The position numbers and the translations under genes are program-made. A DNA stretch of 64,000 nt from an uncultured Chloroflexia bacterium (GTDB lineage: Bacteria; Chloroflexota; Limnocylindria; Limnocylindrales; CSP1-4): NCBI GenBank assembly GCA_963763775.1, contig CAVXPZ010000003.1, forward strand, positions 1 to 64,000. The letters run 5' to 3'. The notes beneath the pieces were generated by a model. The model had not been told where the DNA came from, did not search any database, and was given only the letters and a program-made list of their open reading frames with translations. Positions 9,813-19,534 of the stretch are shown here, piece after piece (the stretch's first letter is position 1; each line of letters opens with the position of its first letter).

Positions 9813-10175
9813 GTGTCATCGCCGATCCGCATGGACGACCTGAGCCGGGTGTTCGACGCCCTGGCGAACGAGCACCGGCGAGAGATGGTCCTGCTGCTCG
9901 CGCTGCAGCCCCGGTCGATCAGCCAGCTGGCTGAGCTCCGGGGGCTCTCGCTGCCGGCGATCCATAAGCACGTCCACGTCCTCGAGGACGCGGCGATGGT
10001 CAGCCGGCGCAAGTTCGGGCGGACGAACTTCCTGGCCCTCGAGCGGGGGCCGCTACTCCGACTCCAGGCTTGGGCCGGGCAATTCCGGGCCTGGTGGGGC
10101 ACCGAGGGGGAGACCCTCGACAACTACATCGCGTATCTACAACGTGACCCACGATCGACCGAGGAGGAAACGTGA
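9813..10175 (+). CDS. ArsR/SmtB family regulator (true start possibly ATG 9805 with a 1-bp indel)
   Basis: VFDALANEHRREMV...LSLPAIHKHVHVLEDAAMV..K.GR. Confidence 0.85.
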   Translation: MSSPIRMDDLSRVFDALANEHRREMVLLLALQPRSISQLAELRGLSLPAIHKHVHVLEDAAMVSRRKFGRTNFLALERGPLLRLQAWAGQFRAWWGTEGETLDNYIAYLQRDPRSTEEET

Positions 10176-10459
10176 AGAAGTTCGTGTTCCTGGCCCATGG
10201 CGCGATGGAGCGCACGCCCGAGTTCCAGGAGGCCCACCGGGCCTGGTGGGCCTCGATGAGCGACCATGTCGTCGACTCCGGCAACCCCCTGTTCAACGGC
10301 CGGAACGTCGCCCGCGACGGGTCGGTGTCGGACCTCTCGTCCGACCCGGGGGCGGCACTCGGCTACTCGATCGTGCAGGCGGACTCGATCGAGGGCGCCC
10401 TGGCCCTGCTTACCGGGTGCCCGATGGACATGTGGGTGTATGAGGCGATGCCGATGTGA
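10172..10459 (+). CDS. YCII-related protein
   Basis: WWASMSDHVVDSGNPL...GYSIVQADSIEGALALLTGCP; GAGGAGG RBS. Confidence 0.7.
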   Translation: MKKFVFLAHGAMERTPEFQEAHRAWWASMSDHVVDSGNPLFNGRNVARDGSVSDLSSDPGAALGYSIVQADSIEGALALLTGCPMDMWVYEAMPM

Positions 10460-10569
10460 ACCGCCACCGCGGCCTACGCCTTCCAGGTCCGCGCCGGCCC
10501 GTGAGCTGACCAGCGCGCCCACGAGGAACCTGTTCCGGTTCCGACGAGTGGCAATTACCATGTGCCGAC

Positions 10570-11889
10570 ATGGTCGAAGACGCCCGCTCCGATGTCGCGG
10601 CCACCTCGTATCGCGGATTCCTGTTCTCCGACGTGCGCGGGTTCACCGCGTTCGCGGAGCGTCATGGGAATGCGGCGGCGGCCGACATGGTCGGCCGATT
10701 CCTGTCGATCGCGCGCCAGGCGATCGCTCGCCACGGCGGCACCGAGATGAGCACGGAAGGCGACGCGATCCACGCCGTGTTCGAATCGGCGTCGGGGGCC
10801 GTGCTGTGCGGACTGGAGATCGTCGAGGCCGCCGCCGAGTCGAACGCCCGGGAGCCGAGCCGGCCGCTCCGGATCGGGGTCGGCGTCCACGCCGGCGAGG
10901 CGGTCGAGACCGCCGAGGGCTACATCGGCCGGGCGGTCAACATCGCCGCTCGTCTGTGCGCGGCCGCCCAGGCCGGCGAGGTCCTCGTGAGCTCGACGGT
11001 GAAGGGCATCACCCAGGCGAGCATCACGGTCGGGTTCGCGCCTCGGGGGCAGCGGCACCTGAAGGGGATCGAGGACCCGATCCTGACGTACGCCGTGACC
11101 CGGGACCTGCACCCGAGCGTTCCGCGCAGGGTCCCTCGGACCGCCGCGATCGCCGCCGGCCTCGCGACGGCCGTCGTCGCGATCTCGATCGTGATCGCGC
11201 TCGTCGGATCGCAGCTCGTCGGCGCACCGACCGCGAGCGGTCCGTCAGCGAGCCTCTCGGCGGACGTCGAGCGATCGGCGCCGCCGGTCGTCATGGGCCC
11301 CCTGTCGATCGGGACGTACACGACCAGCCAGTTCCTCCCATCGGTCAAGTTCGATGTCGGCGACCAGGGCTGGGTCGCCAACCGCGACGGACCCGGCGTG
11401 TTCGGCCTGATCCGTGATGCCGCCCCGCGCGGCAGCGTGCAGTTCCTCCGGGTCCGAGAGGTAGTCCCCAGCCCGTGCCTGGCAGGTGCCGATGACACGT
11501 CGACCGGTCCCGCCCTCGCCGACCCGCTCGGGGTGGTCGAGGGTCTCGAGCATCTCCTGCTGCAGGATCCGAAGACGACGACCGTCGGCGAGTATCAGGG
11601 CCACCAGGTGGACGTCACCGTCTCGGAGGCCTCGCTCGCGGCCTGTGGTGGTCTGGTCGGCGCGGACGTGCCGATCTTCCGTGCCGGCGACGAGGTCTGG
11701 GGCGCGTCGCCGGGCGAGCGGTTCAGGCTCATCACCGTCGACGTCGGCCACGAGGTCGTGACGATCGTGCTGAGCACGGACTGGACGGCGACACCGTCGG
11801 TCCAGGAATTGGAGGACCTGTTGGACGTCGGCCAGCGTCTCCTCGGCGGCGTGCGATTCTGTCCACCAGCGGAGGCCAACCCGTGCTGA
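10570..11889 (+). CDS. Class III adenylate/guanylate cyclase with TM helix and extracytoplasmic domain
   Basis: FSDVRGFT, EGDAIHAVF, RIGVGVHAGE, AVNIAARL; hydrophobic segment around aa 192-212. Confidence 0.85.
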   Translation: MVEDARSDVAATSYRGFLFSDVRGFTAFAERHGNAAAADMVGRFLSIARQAIARHGGTEMSTEGDAIHAVFESASGAVLCGLEIVEAAAESNAREPSRPLRIGVGVHAGEAVETAEGYIGRAVNIAARLCAAAQAGEVLVSSTVKGITQASITVGFAPRGQRHLKGIEDPILTYAVTRDLHPSVPRRVPRTAAIAAGLATAVVAISIVIALVGSQLVGAPTASGPSASLSADVERSAPPVVMGPLSIGTYTTSQFLPSVKFDVGDQGWVANRDGPGVFGLIRDAAPRGSVQFLRVREVVPSPCLAGADDTSTGPALADPLGVVEGLEHLLLQDPKTTTVGEYQGHQVDVTVSEASLAACGGLVGADVPIFRAGDEVWGASPGERFRLITVDVGHEVVTIVLSTDWTATPSVQELEDLLDVGQRLLGGVRFCPPAEANPC

Positions 11890-11940
11890 GCCAGATCCGA
11901 CACGCAGCCCCGGCGACCCCGCCGGCTGCCGCTGCGGAGG

Positions 11941-12398
11941 TCAGTCTTCGTGCCGGTCCCGGTCGTGGCCGAACCAGTACGTGCCGTCCCAATACCAGAC
12001 CGACTGGTCCGCGCTGGCGGTCACGACGGCCTCGAGGTGGAATCCGGTGAGCCGCCCGGTCCCGTGGTTGAAGACGCAGACCGCATCGACGTCGGTGCTC
12101 CAGGTGCAGGCGCCATCAGTGCTTCCGTGCTTGATCTCGATCCTCACCTGGACGACGTTGCCATCCTGGCTCAGGTAGCGGACGTGGGTGCCGGCCGGGA
12201 TCCACTTGAGATCCGAGTGCTGGACGGTGCAGATATAGCCGAGGGGCTCGGACGAGTCGGCGGCACAGGTCTTGTCCAGGTGGAACGGCCGGTGATCCAC
12301 GTGAGAAGACCCGCGAGATCTGCCGACGCGACGGGCGCGAGTGCCATGAGCGCGATGATCGCGCCCATCACGACGAGCGATCGCTTGATCGAGAGCAT
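11941..12398 (-). CDS. Secreted Cys-containing hypothetical protein, frameshift near 12300
   Basis: Signal peptide MLSIKRSLVVMGAIIALMALAPVASA; mature part FHLDKTC...WDGTYWF in an adjacent frame. Confidence 0.6.
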
Positions 12399-12529
12399 GG
12401 TCTTTCCCTCTCCCTTGGTTCTTCCGGACGTCAGGACGACTCGGCCAGCGTGGCCCGCCGTTGGGACCCACGCAGCCTCAGATGGGGCGACGCGTCGAGG
12501 GGCTCGGCGTGCTGCGATATCCTCGAACC

Positions 12530-13234
12530 GTGAGTTCGCAGGCGCCCGCAGCCCGATTCTTCGAGTCCCTCGACGAGGCCGATCGTGCCGCCATGGACGA
12601 GGTCGCTCGCGTCCAGCGGTACCCGCGCGGAGCGTGGATCATGCGGCAGGGCGACGCGACCGATTCCGTCTGCATCGTGCTCGAGGGTCGGGTCAAGCTC
12701 GCGCTCGACACCGTCGATGGACGAGGGATCGTCCTCGATGTCCTTGGGCCGGGGGACATGGTCGGAGAGTTCGAGGCTCTCGGCGACGATCTGGTCCGCA
12801 GCGCCAGCGTCATCGCCCTGGACTCGGTCGTGGGCCTCGTGATGACCAGCTCGGAGTTCCGCGACTACCTGCTGACGCATCCGGCCGCGTCACTGGCTCT
12901 CGTCCGGGCAACGATCCGACGACTGGATGCCGCCGATCGGCGACGGATCGGCCGCACCGGGATCGACGCATCGCACGCTCTCGCGAAATATCTGATCGAA
13001 CTCGTCGATCGTGGCGCCTTCGCCGGGGGCGGCCCTGTCGAGGTCGACGTCCCGCTGGCTCAGCACGAGCTGGCCAGTCTGATCGGGGTCTCGCGCAACT
13101 CCATGGTGCGGGCGCTCTCAAGTCTGCGTGCCCGCAAGCTGGTCGATACCACGAAGTCGATGGTCCGCATCCTCGACGTCCCGGGCCTTCGCCGGTATGC
13201 GCAGTCGGCGGTCGAACCGGCGGCCCAGCGATAG
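12530..13234 (+). CDS. Crp/Fnr family regulator
   Basis: IVLEGRVK, GPGDMVGE, RSASVIA cNMP-binding motifs; LAQHELASLIGVSRNSMVRAL HTH. TATCCT lies 6 nt before GTG 12530. Confidence 0.9.
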   Translation: MSSQAPAARFFESLDEADRAAMDEVARVQRYPRGAWIMRQGDATDSVCIVLEGRVKLALDTVDGRGIVLDVLGPGDMVGEFEALGDDLVRSASVIALDSVVGLVMTSSEFRDYLLTHPAASLALVRATIRRLDAADRRRIGRTGIDASHALAKYLIELVDRGAFAGGGPVEVDVPLAQHELASLIGVSRNSMVRALSSLRARKLVDTTKSMVRILDVPGLRRYAQSAVEPAAQR

Positions 13235-13250
13235 CGCGAGTCACGGTCAG

Positions 13251-13298
13251 TTGCGTTCGCGGGATCTTGGGTCTATACTGAACTGCATGGTTCAGTAT
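13251..13298 (+). promoter_or_regulatory. Sigma70 promoter and palindromic ArsR operator over the start codon
   Basis: TTGCGT-17-TATACT; perfect arms ATACTGAAC-N6-GTTCAGTAT (13275-13298) enclose ATG 13287. Confidence 0.8.
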
Positions 13299-13667
13299 TC
13301 CAGTGGCCGGCTCGATGCATCGTTCGCGGCGCTCTCGGATGCCACCCGGCGTGGCGTCCTGGAGCAGCTCGGACGCTCCGACGCGTCGATCTCGGACCTC
13401 GCCGAACGTTTTCACATGACCCTCACGGGCATGCGGAAGCACGTCCGCGTCCTTGAGCAGGCCGACCTCGTCTCCACGGTGAAGGTCGGGCGCGTACGGA
13501 CGTGCACGCTCGGCCGGCTCCGCCTGGAAGACGAGACGGTCTGGATGGAGCGGTACCGCGATCTGTGGGACGCACGGTTCGACGAGCTGGACAAGGTGGT
13601 CGAGGCACTGCAGCGGAAGGAGCTGGACGATGGACGCCATGAGCCGAGACTGAGGTCGGCAGCATGA
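13287..13667 (+). CDS. ArsR/SmtB family regulator
   Basis: MVQYSSGRLDASFAALSDATRRGVLEQL...MTLTGMRKHVRVLEQADLV; the 3' end is uncertain. Confidence 0.9.
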   Translation: MVQYSSGRLDASFAALSDATRRGVLEQLGRSDASISDLAERFHMTLTGMRKHVRVLEQADLVSTVKVGRVRTCTLGRLRLEDETVWMERYRDLWDARFDELDKVVEALQRKELDDGRHEPRLRSAA

Positions 13668-14159
13668 AGGACCGCATGACGGTGGAACGGACGTCCGAGC
13701 GTGAGCTCGTCGTCACCCGAACCGTCAACGGCCCGGCGCGCATCGTCTTCCAGGCGTGGACCGAGCCCGAGCTGTTCAAGCGGTGGTGGGTGCCGAAGTC
13801 GATGCGGCGTCACGCTCCTCTCCTGCGAGGCGGATGTCCGGGGAGGCGGCCTGTACAAGTTCGTCTTCAGCCACGAGTCCTCGCCAGAGCCCATGGCGTT
13901 CTTCGGTCGGTACCTGGAAGTGACGCCGCACTCGCGCCTCGTCTGGACCAATGAGGAAGGTGATGACAGCGCGGTCGTCACAACGGTCACCTTCGAGGAG
14001 GCCGGAGACAAGACGCGGCTGGTCGTACACGAGCTCTATCCCTCGAAGGACGCGCTCGACGAGGCCATGGCGACCGAGGCGATCTCGTGGAACCCGGAGA
14101 CGTTCGATCAACTGGACGAGCTGCTCGCCACGCTGGAGGCGGGCGAGGGACGGCCATAA
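13664..14159 (+). CDS. SRPBCC/AHSA1 domain protein, frameshift near 13805
   Basis: SERELVVTRTVNGPARIVFQAWTEPELFKRWW, then GRYLEVTPHSRLVWT...FDQLDELL. Confidence 0.85.
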
Positions 14160-14248
14160 CGACGGTCGACGTGGCCCTCGAAGCGGGGTAGTCTGCCGCC
14201 ATCCGCCAACGCTGCCGGCGACGACTCGCCAGACGATGAGGGGCGACG

Positions 14249-14995
14249 ATGACGATGCGTGTCCATCTGGTCCTCGGGACGGCGATCGTGCTCGTCTGGT
14301 CCCTGGTGGCGTGCCAGGGATCGGTCGCTCTTCCGGCACCGTCGAGCTCCATGACCGCGGCTCCCGCACCGGGAAGCTCGGCGACCACCGCTCCGACACC
14401 GGTCACCTCATCGTCGGCGTCGCCCGCACCCGGCGACTCGGGCGGAGGCGGCGACAGCGGCGGTGACGACAGTTATCCGATCGGCGGCGTCCAGGAGATC
14501 GGCCCGCTCGGCGACCCGTGCGCCTTGTTGTCGATCTCCGACATCGAGGACGCCCTTGGGGTCGCCGTCCTCGCGGTCGCCCGGGGCAAGCTCGACGCGG
14601 CCGAGGGGCAGAGTTGCGCGTTCGCGATGGACGCCCCCGGCGTGACGGCCGGTCTCCCACCGAACCTCGGGCTCGATCCGAGCGAAGGCACCCTCGGCCC
14701 GTGGAGCGCCGCGTTCGAGAAGGCGGGCAAGGGCGGGGTGTTCGGCGTTCGGCTGCTCGTCGTCGACCCCGGCGACATCACGTCGGATCCAGGCGACGAC
14801 GCCCCGGACCCGAATGTGACCGTGACCAAGGTCGATGTCGGCTTCGACGGGATCGTCGTCACGACCCCGAACGGCGGGTCGGCGTTCACGTGGGACGGCA
14901 TCCGCGTACAGACGATGCTGATGGACCTGATCACGGGCACGCCCGATGTCGACGCGCTCACCGACCTGCTGCGGACCGCCTACGGGCAGCTGTGA
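14249..14995 (+). CDS. Lipoprotein (DUF3558-like DPCALL motif)
   Basis: Lipobox LVAC, Ser/Pro-rich linker, DPCALLS..DIE..LG. Confidence 0.6.
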   Translation: MTMRVHLVLGTAIVLVWSLVACQGSVALPAPSSSMTAAPAPGSSATTAPTPVTSSSASPAPGDSGGGGDSGGDDSYPIGGVQEIGPLGDPCALLSISDIEDALGVAVLAVARGKLDAAEGQSCAFAMDAPGVTAGLPPNLGLDPSEGTLGPWSAAFEKAGKGGVFGVRLLVVDPGDITSDPGDDAPDPNVTVTKVDVGFDGIVVTTPNGGSAFTWDGIRVQTMLMDLITGTPDVDALTDLLRTAYGQL

Positions 14996-15013
14996 GCTGG
15001 GCCGGTCGGGAGC

Positions 15014-16171
15014 TCAGCGTTTGCCAGCGACGCGCGTGATGATGCCGTTCGCGTCGATCCGGTACACGCTCCAGACATCGGTCACATAGAGGTTGCCCGC
15101 CAGGTCCATGGCGGGGCTTGCGATCGCATCGAACGGCGCGAGCAGCGCCGACATGCCATCCCGGGGAACGCCCGACTCGCCGCTCCCGACCACCGTCGAG
15201 ATGATGCCGGTCGTGTCGATCCGTCGGAGCCGGTGGGATGCGTCATCGGTGACGTAGAGGTTGCCTGACGGATCGACGAGGAGATCGCTGGGTTCGATCG
15301 CCGCGTTCGTCGCCGGACCTCCGTCCCCGGACGACGCGTCGACGCCGGTGCCCACGATCGTGGTGATCGTGCCGTCGCGATCGATCATGCGGACCCGCAT
15401 GTTGGCGCCGTCCGCGAAGATGACGTTGCCTGCGGCATCGACGGCCACGCCGTACGGAGTGTTGATGGCGGCCAGGCTGCCAAGGTCGCCGTCCCCTGAG
15501 TAGCCGGGATGGCCGTTGCCGGCGACGGTGCTGATGATCCCCGCCGTGTCGATCCTCCGGATCCGGGCATTGTCGCGGTCCCCGATGTACAGGTTGCCCA
15601 CGCGATCGAGGGACACCTGCTCGGGTTCCTGGAGGGTCGCCTCCGTCGCGGGACCTCCATCACCCGAGAAGGAACCGAGGCCCAGGCCCGCTGGTCCGCT
15701 GCCAGCGACGGTCGTGATGATCCCCGCCGTGTCGATACGCCGCACTCGATTGTTGATGTGGTCCCCGACATACATGGAGCCGTCCGACCCGAAGGCCATA
15801 CCCCGGGGGCAGTAGACCTGCGCGGCGGTCGCTGGACCACCGTCACCGGAGAAGCCAGGGATGCCCGTCCCGGCGAATGGCGTCATCATCCCGGCCGCGT
15901 CGATCCGCTGGATCGCGGCGTACGTCCACGCACATTCCGACACGTACAGGTTGCCGATTGCATCAAACGCGAGGCCCACGAGGCCCCCGTCGCCCGGAAG
16001 CTTGGCGTCCAGCGCCCGGATCGGCGCGGGTGGCACCACCGCGACCGCACTGCCCGGTGCGCTGGCCGACGTCACCGCGGGAGCCGATGAGGCCTGATCT
16101 GACGGACCGACGGACCCACACGCTGAAAGGGCGAGGACGACGACCAGGCCGATCGGGAGCGTGCGCCTCAT
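15014..16171 (-). CDS. NHL-repeat (beta-propeller) lipoprotein
   Basis: Lipobox LSAC; repeated GFSGDGGPAT.A, GNLYI.D..N.RIRRID..GIISTVAG. Confidence 0.9.
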   Translation of the reverse strand: MRRTLPIGLVVVLALSACGSVGPSDQASSAPAVTSASAPGSAVAVVPPAPIRALDAKLPGDGGLVGLAFDAIGNLYVSECAWTYAAIQRIDAAGMMTPFAGTGIPGFSGDGGPATAAQVYCPRGMAFGSDGSMYVGDHINNRVRRIDTAGIITTVAGSGPAGLGLGSFSGDGGPATEATLQEPEQVSLDRVGNLYIGDRDNARIRRIDTAGIISTVAGNGHPGYSGDGDLGSLAAINTPYGVAVDAAGNVIFADGANMRVRMIDRDGTITTIVGTGVDASSGDGGPATNAAIEPSDLLVDPSGNLYVTDDASHRLRRIDTTGIISTVVGSGESGVPRDGMSALLAPFDAIASPAMDLAGNLYVTDVWSVYRIDANGIITRVAGKR

Positions 16172-17412
16172 CGACTGAACCTGAAGGTCTCGACCATCGG
16201 CATTGCGTCCGAAGCGACCGTGTCCCAGCCCGTTGCGTCCTGCGTCTCGACGTCGATCACCAGGGTCCGTCCGTTGCGGGCGTCGAGCAGGATGTATCGA
16301 GCCTTGCCTCCGCCGTCGAGGGTCAGGGCCGGTGATCCCTCAGCAGTCACGAACAGGGAGCGGTGCGACTCGTGCGAGCTCGTCGAGCAAGGGTCGATCC
16401 AGCCAGGCGTGAGCGAGAGGTCCACCTGGACCCCGCTGAGGCCACCTACGGCGATCGGTATCGGTGTCGTGGCATCGACTCCTGGGAGCGCCGCAAGCCA
16501 GTCGGCGATCGACCTGGGGGACGCCCCGTCGCCCGGACCACTCCCGACGCAAGCCACATCCTCTGAGTAGGGGGTGAGGTTCGAGTAGATGCCGATCCGC
16601 GACGAACGGGAGTCGTCCTGCGGCTCCAGGTTGACACAGTCCACGCACTCATACTGGTCCCGCCAACCTGCGGGCACGGTGTAGGAGAACCGGTCGGTGG
16701 GGCCCCCGAACGGCCTGAAGAGGGCAGAGACATGCGGGCCGGGCGCAAGGTCGCCGATGTCCGTGCGGGTCCAGTCGCCCGCCAGGATGGTCGCCCTCGT
16801 GACGCACCTGTCGCTCTGCATCGTCAGGCTCAGCGTTCCGCCATCCGCCGACAGGCGGAAGGTGTACAACCCCACCTCCTCGGGTCGGCAGTCCTCGGTC
16901 GGCCAGGTCGATGACGCCCGCAGGTCGAGGGTGTCCGGCCGGACAAGCGAGGCGAAGTTCAGGAAGTCGGACGACAACACTGGGATGTCGATCCACCCAG
17001 GCGCGATGGTGATGTCGGTCCGGGCGACAACCTGGATGGTGTGGTTCCCATTCTGGAACGGGACCACGCGCGTCCCGACGGAGCTCCAAACGGAGCGGAG
17101 CGCCGCCGGCGTCGTGCCCGCCAGCGGATCGAAGGAATGAGTCGGCGACGGCGATGGCTCGGCGCCGACCTGGGCCGACCGCGTCATGACAGCGCTACCG
17201 ACCCCGACCATCGCCAGGACGACAACGGCCGCGGCGACGAAACGAACGTCGAAGTGCATGGTGCGCAGCCTCGGTCGGAGGTCGGCGAGCGGTCGCCCCG
17301 GTAGGTCGTCGATGCGCTCGAGGGTCTCGTCGAGGAATCGGCTCGGCATGTGGGTCGGGCCTTCGGTGAACCACCGTTCCAGGGCGCGCTCGATGTCGCG
17401 GTCAGAGGTCAT
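16168..17412 (-). CDS. Putative anti-sigma factor (single TM, large extracytoplasmic domain)
   Basis: Coupled downstream of an ECF sigma; short N-terminal helix (ERALERWFTEGP), TM AAAVVVLAMVGVG. Confidence 0.7.
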   Translation of the reverse strand: MTSDRDIERALERWFTEGPTHMPSRFLDETLERIDDLPGRPLADLRPRLRTMHFDVRFVAAAVVVLAMVGVGSAVMTRSAQVGAEPSPSPTHSFDPLAGTTPAALRSVWSSVGTRVVPFQNGNHTIQVVARTDITIAPGWIDIPVLSSDFLNFASLVRPDTLDLRASSTWPTEDCRPEEVGLYTFRLSADGGTLSLTMQSDRCVTRATILAGDWTRTDIGDLAPGPHVSALFRPFGGPTDRFSYTVPAGWRDQYECVDCVNLEPQDDSRSSRIGIYSNLTPYSEDVACVGSGPGDGASPRSIADWLAALPGVDATTPIPIAVGGLSGVQVDLSLTPGWIDPCSTSSHESHRSLFVTAEGSPALTLDGGGKARYILLDARNGRTLVIDVETQDATGWDTVASDAMPMVETFRFSR

Positions 17413-17960
17413 GCCGGTCGTCCTCCTATCGCGATGACTCGAGCGTCCGCGTCCAGCGCCGCCCGCATCGCACTGTGGGCGTGGTGCAGGCGGGAGCTGA
17501 CCGTGCCTTCCGGGATGCCGAGGATCTCGGCGATCTCGGCGAGGTCGTATCCGTCGAAGTGACGGAGCACGAGCAGCGCGCGTTGGTCGGGCGGCAATCG
17601 GCGGAAGCCCCGGTCGAGCTGGTCACGATCGGCCACGGCCAGGAAGTCGTCGGTCCCGGTCGAGATGTCCATCGGCAGGACCCGAAGAGTCGAGACGTGG
17701 CGCCGTTCGCGCTTAGCCTCGGCCACACAGGCGCGGACGACCAGGCGGTGGAGCCAGGCGTCGAAGCGGTCGGGGTCACGGAGCCCGGGGAGGTCCTTCC
17801 AGGCGGTGACCAAGGCCTCCTGCAGGGCGTCCTCGGCTCGCTCGACGTCGCGCAGGATCCGCTGGGCGAGCGCGTACAGGCGGTCACCACGAATACGGAT
17901 CAGGTCGGCATATGCCGCCCGGTCACGGTTCCGTGCCGCCTCGACGAGGTCGCGATCCAT
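17409..17960 (-). CDS. ECF RNA polymerase sigma factor
   Basis: AEDALQEAL..AW..L..LRDPDRFDAWL; region 4 LAEIAEILGIPEGTVSSRLHHA. Confidence 0.92.
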   Translation of the reverse strand: MDRDLVEAARNRDRAAYADLIRIRGDRLYALAQRILRDVERAEDALQEALVTAWKDLPGLRDPDRFDAWLHRLVVRACVAEAKRERRHVSTLRVLPMDISTGTDDFLAVADRDQLDRGFRRLPPDQRALLVLRHFDGYDLAEIAEILGIPEGTVSSRLHHAHSAMRAALDADARVIAIGGRPA

Positions 17961-18094
17961 CGGGCCCGCTTTCGGTGGCGCTCAGTGGGGCGCTGTCCGG
18001 ACACTATGGGGCACGGGCTTCGGCTCACCTTCAATCTTCCCGAGATCGACGCTCAGGCGAGACCTGTCGCACGACATCGGGGTAGCGTTACGGG

Positions 18095-18559
18095 GTGAGC
18101 CGCGAGACCGAGGACCTCAATCGACGCCTGCTGCGCGCCCGCGATGCGATGGACCGCGCGTACGCCGAGCCGCTGGACGTCCGCGCGGTCGCGTCGGTCG
18201 CCCACATCTCGCCGGCCCACTTCAGCCGATGCTTCCGGGCGGTGTTCGGGGAGACGCCGCACCGCTACCTGGTCCGTCGGCGTGTCGAGCGCGCGATGTT
18301 CCTGCTGCGCGAGACCGATCGGAGCGTCACCGACATCTGCTTCGACGTCGCCTTCACGAGTCTCGGGACCTTCAGCCGGACCTTCCGCGAGATCGTCGGC
18401 GAGACGCCGACCGGCTATCGCCGCGGCCACGGGCCGATCGTCGCGCCCCATTGTGTCCAGCTCGCGGCGATGCGGCCGCAGGTCGCGGCCGAGGAGGCGC
18501 CGCGATCGAGCAGTTTTGGAGAAGCGTCGGCGACGACGGCACCTAGGGTTGGGGCCTGA
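18095..18559 (+). CDS. AraC family regulator (short)
   Basis: RARDAMDRAYAEPLDV, FGETPHRYL..RR.ERA, SLGTFSRTF. Confidence 0.9.
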   Translation: MSRETEDLNRRLLRARDAMDRAYAEPLDVRAVASVAHISPAHFSRCFRAVFGETPHRYLVRRRVERAMFLLRETDRSVTDICFDVAFTSLGTFSRTFREIVGETPTGYRRGHGPIVAPHCVQLAAMRPQVAAEEAPRSSSFGEASATTAPRVGA

Positions 18560-18586
18560 CGACCCCAGCGCAAGGAGAACCCGCCG

Positions 18587-19018
18587 ATGATCACCAGGCT
18601 CAACGTCGCCACCATCTACGTCCTCGACAAGGAGGAGGCGCTCGACTTCTACGTCAACAAGCTCGGGCTCGAGAAGGGCAACGACGTCCGCCAGGGCGAC
18701 TACCGCTGGCTGACGATCAAGGTGCCGGGCGACGGGAACACCGAGGTCTCCCTCGAGCAGCCGGGACCGCCGCTCCACGACGAGGCCACCGCCGCGCAAC
18801 TGCGCGAGCTCATCACCAAGGGCGCCCTGGGCGGCCTCGTGTTCATCACCGACGATGCGCGCGCGCTCTACGACACGCTCCGCGAGCGCGGCGTCACCGA
18901 TTTCACCCAGGAGCCCACCGACCACTTCTACGGCACGGACATGGGCCTCCGGGATCCGTTCGGCAACCCGATCCGGATCCTCCAGCAGGGCAAGGCCGCC
19001 CAGAAGGCGACGGCCTGA
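18587..19018 (+). CDS. VOC/glyoxalase family protein
   Basis: EALDFYVNKLG, RWLT, FTQEPTDHFYGTDMGLRDPFGN. Confidence 0.9.
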   Translation: MITRLNVATIYVLDKEEALDFYVNKLGLEKGNDVRQGDYRWLTIKVPGDGNTEVSLEQPGPPLHDEATAAQLRELITKGALGGLVFITDDARALYDTLRERGVTDFTQEPTDHFYGTDMGLRDPFGNPIRILQQGKAAQKATA

Positions 19019-19044
19019 GCGACGTGACGAAGGAGACCTCGACG

Positions 19045-19520
19045 ATGGCGACCAAGGCGAAGGGCCAGGCAGGCGGGACGGACCGGATCTGGACCGACGA
19101 GGAGAAGGCCGCGATGCAGGCGAGCGCTCGCGAGCGGAAGGCGGCCACGAAGCGCAGCCCGGCCGACGAGGCCGGCCGCAGGGCCTGCAGGACCTCGAGG
19201 ACAGCATCGCCAAGATGCCGGCGGACGACCGGGCGATGGCGGAACGGATCCACGCCGATCGTCACGGCGGCCGCGCCCGTCGCTCCTGTCGAAGACGTAT
19301 TACGGCATGCCGGCCTACGCGCGACCGGGCAAGGACGGCAAGGTCATCGCCTTCTTCAAGCCCAAGTCGAAGTTCAAGGATGCGCTACTCGACGTTCGGC
19401 TTCCAGCCCGACGCGAGCCTCGACGACGGCGACATGTGGCCGACCGAGTTCGCGGTCATCAACCTCACGCCGGCCGTCGAGGCTCGGATCGCCGACCTCA
19501 TGAAGAAGGCCGCGGGCTGA
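19045..19520 (+). CDS. DUF1801 (YdhG-like) protein, several frameshifts
   Basis: EEKAAM..ARERK, IAKMP.DDRAMAERIH, YGMPAYA..GKVIAFF, MWPTEFAV..LTPAVEARIADL across frames. Confidence 0.8.
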
Positions 19521-19534
19521 GGTCCGACGAGCCT

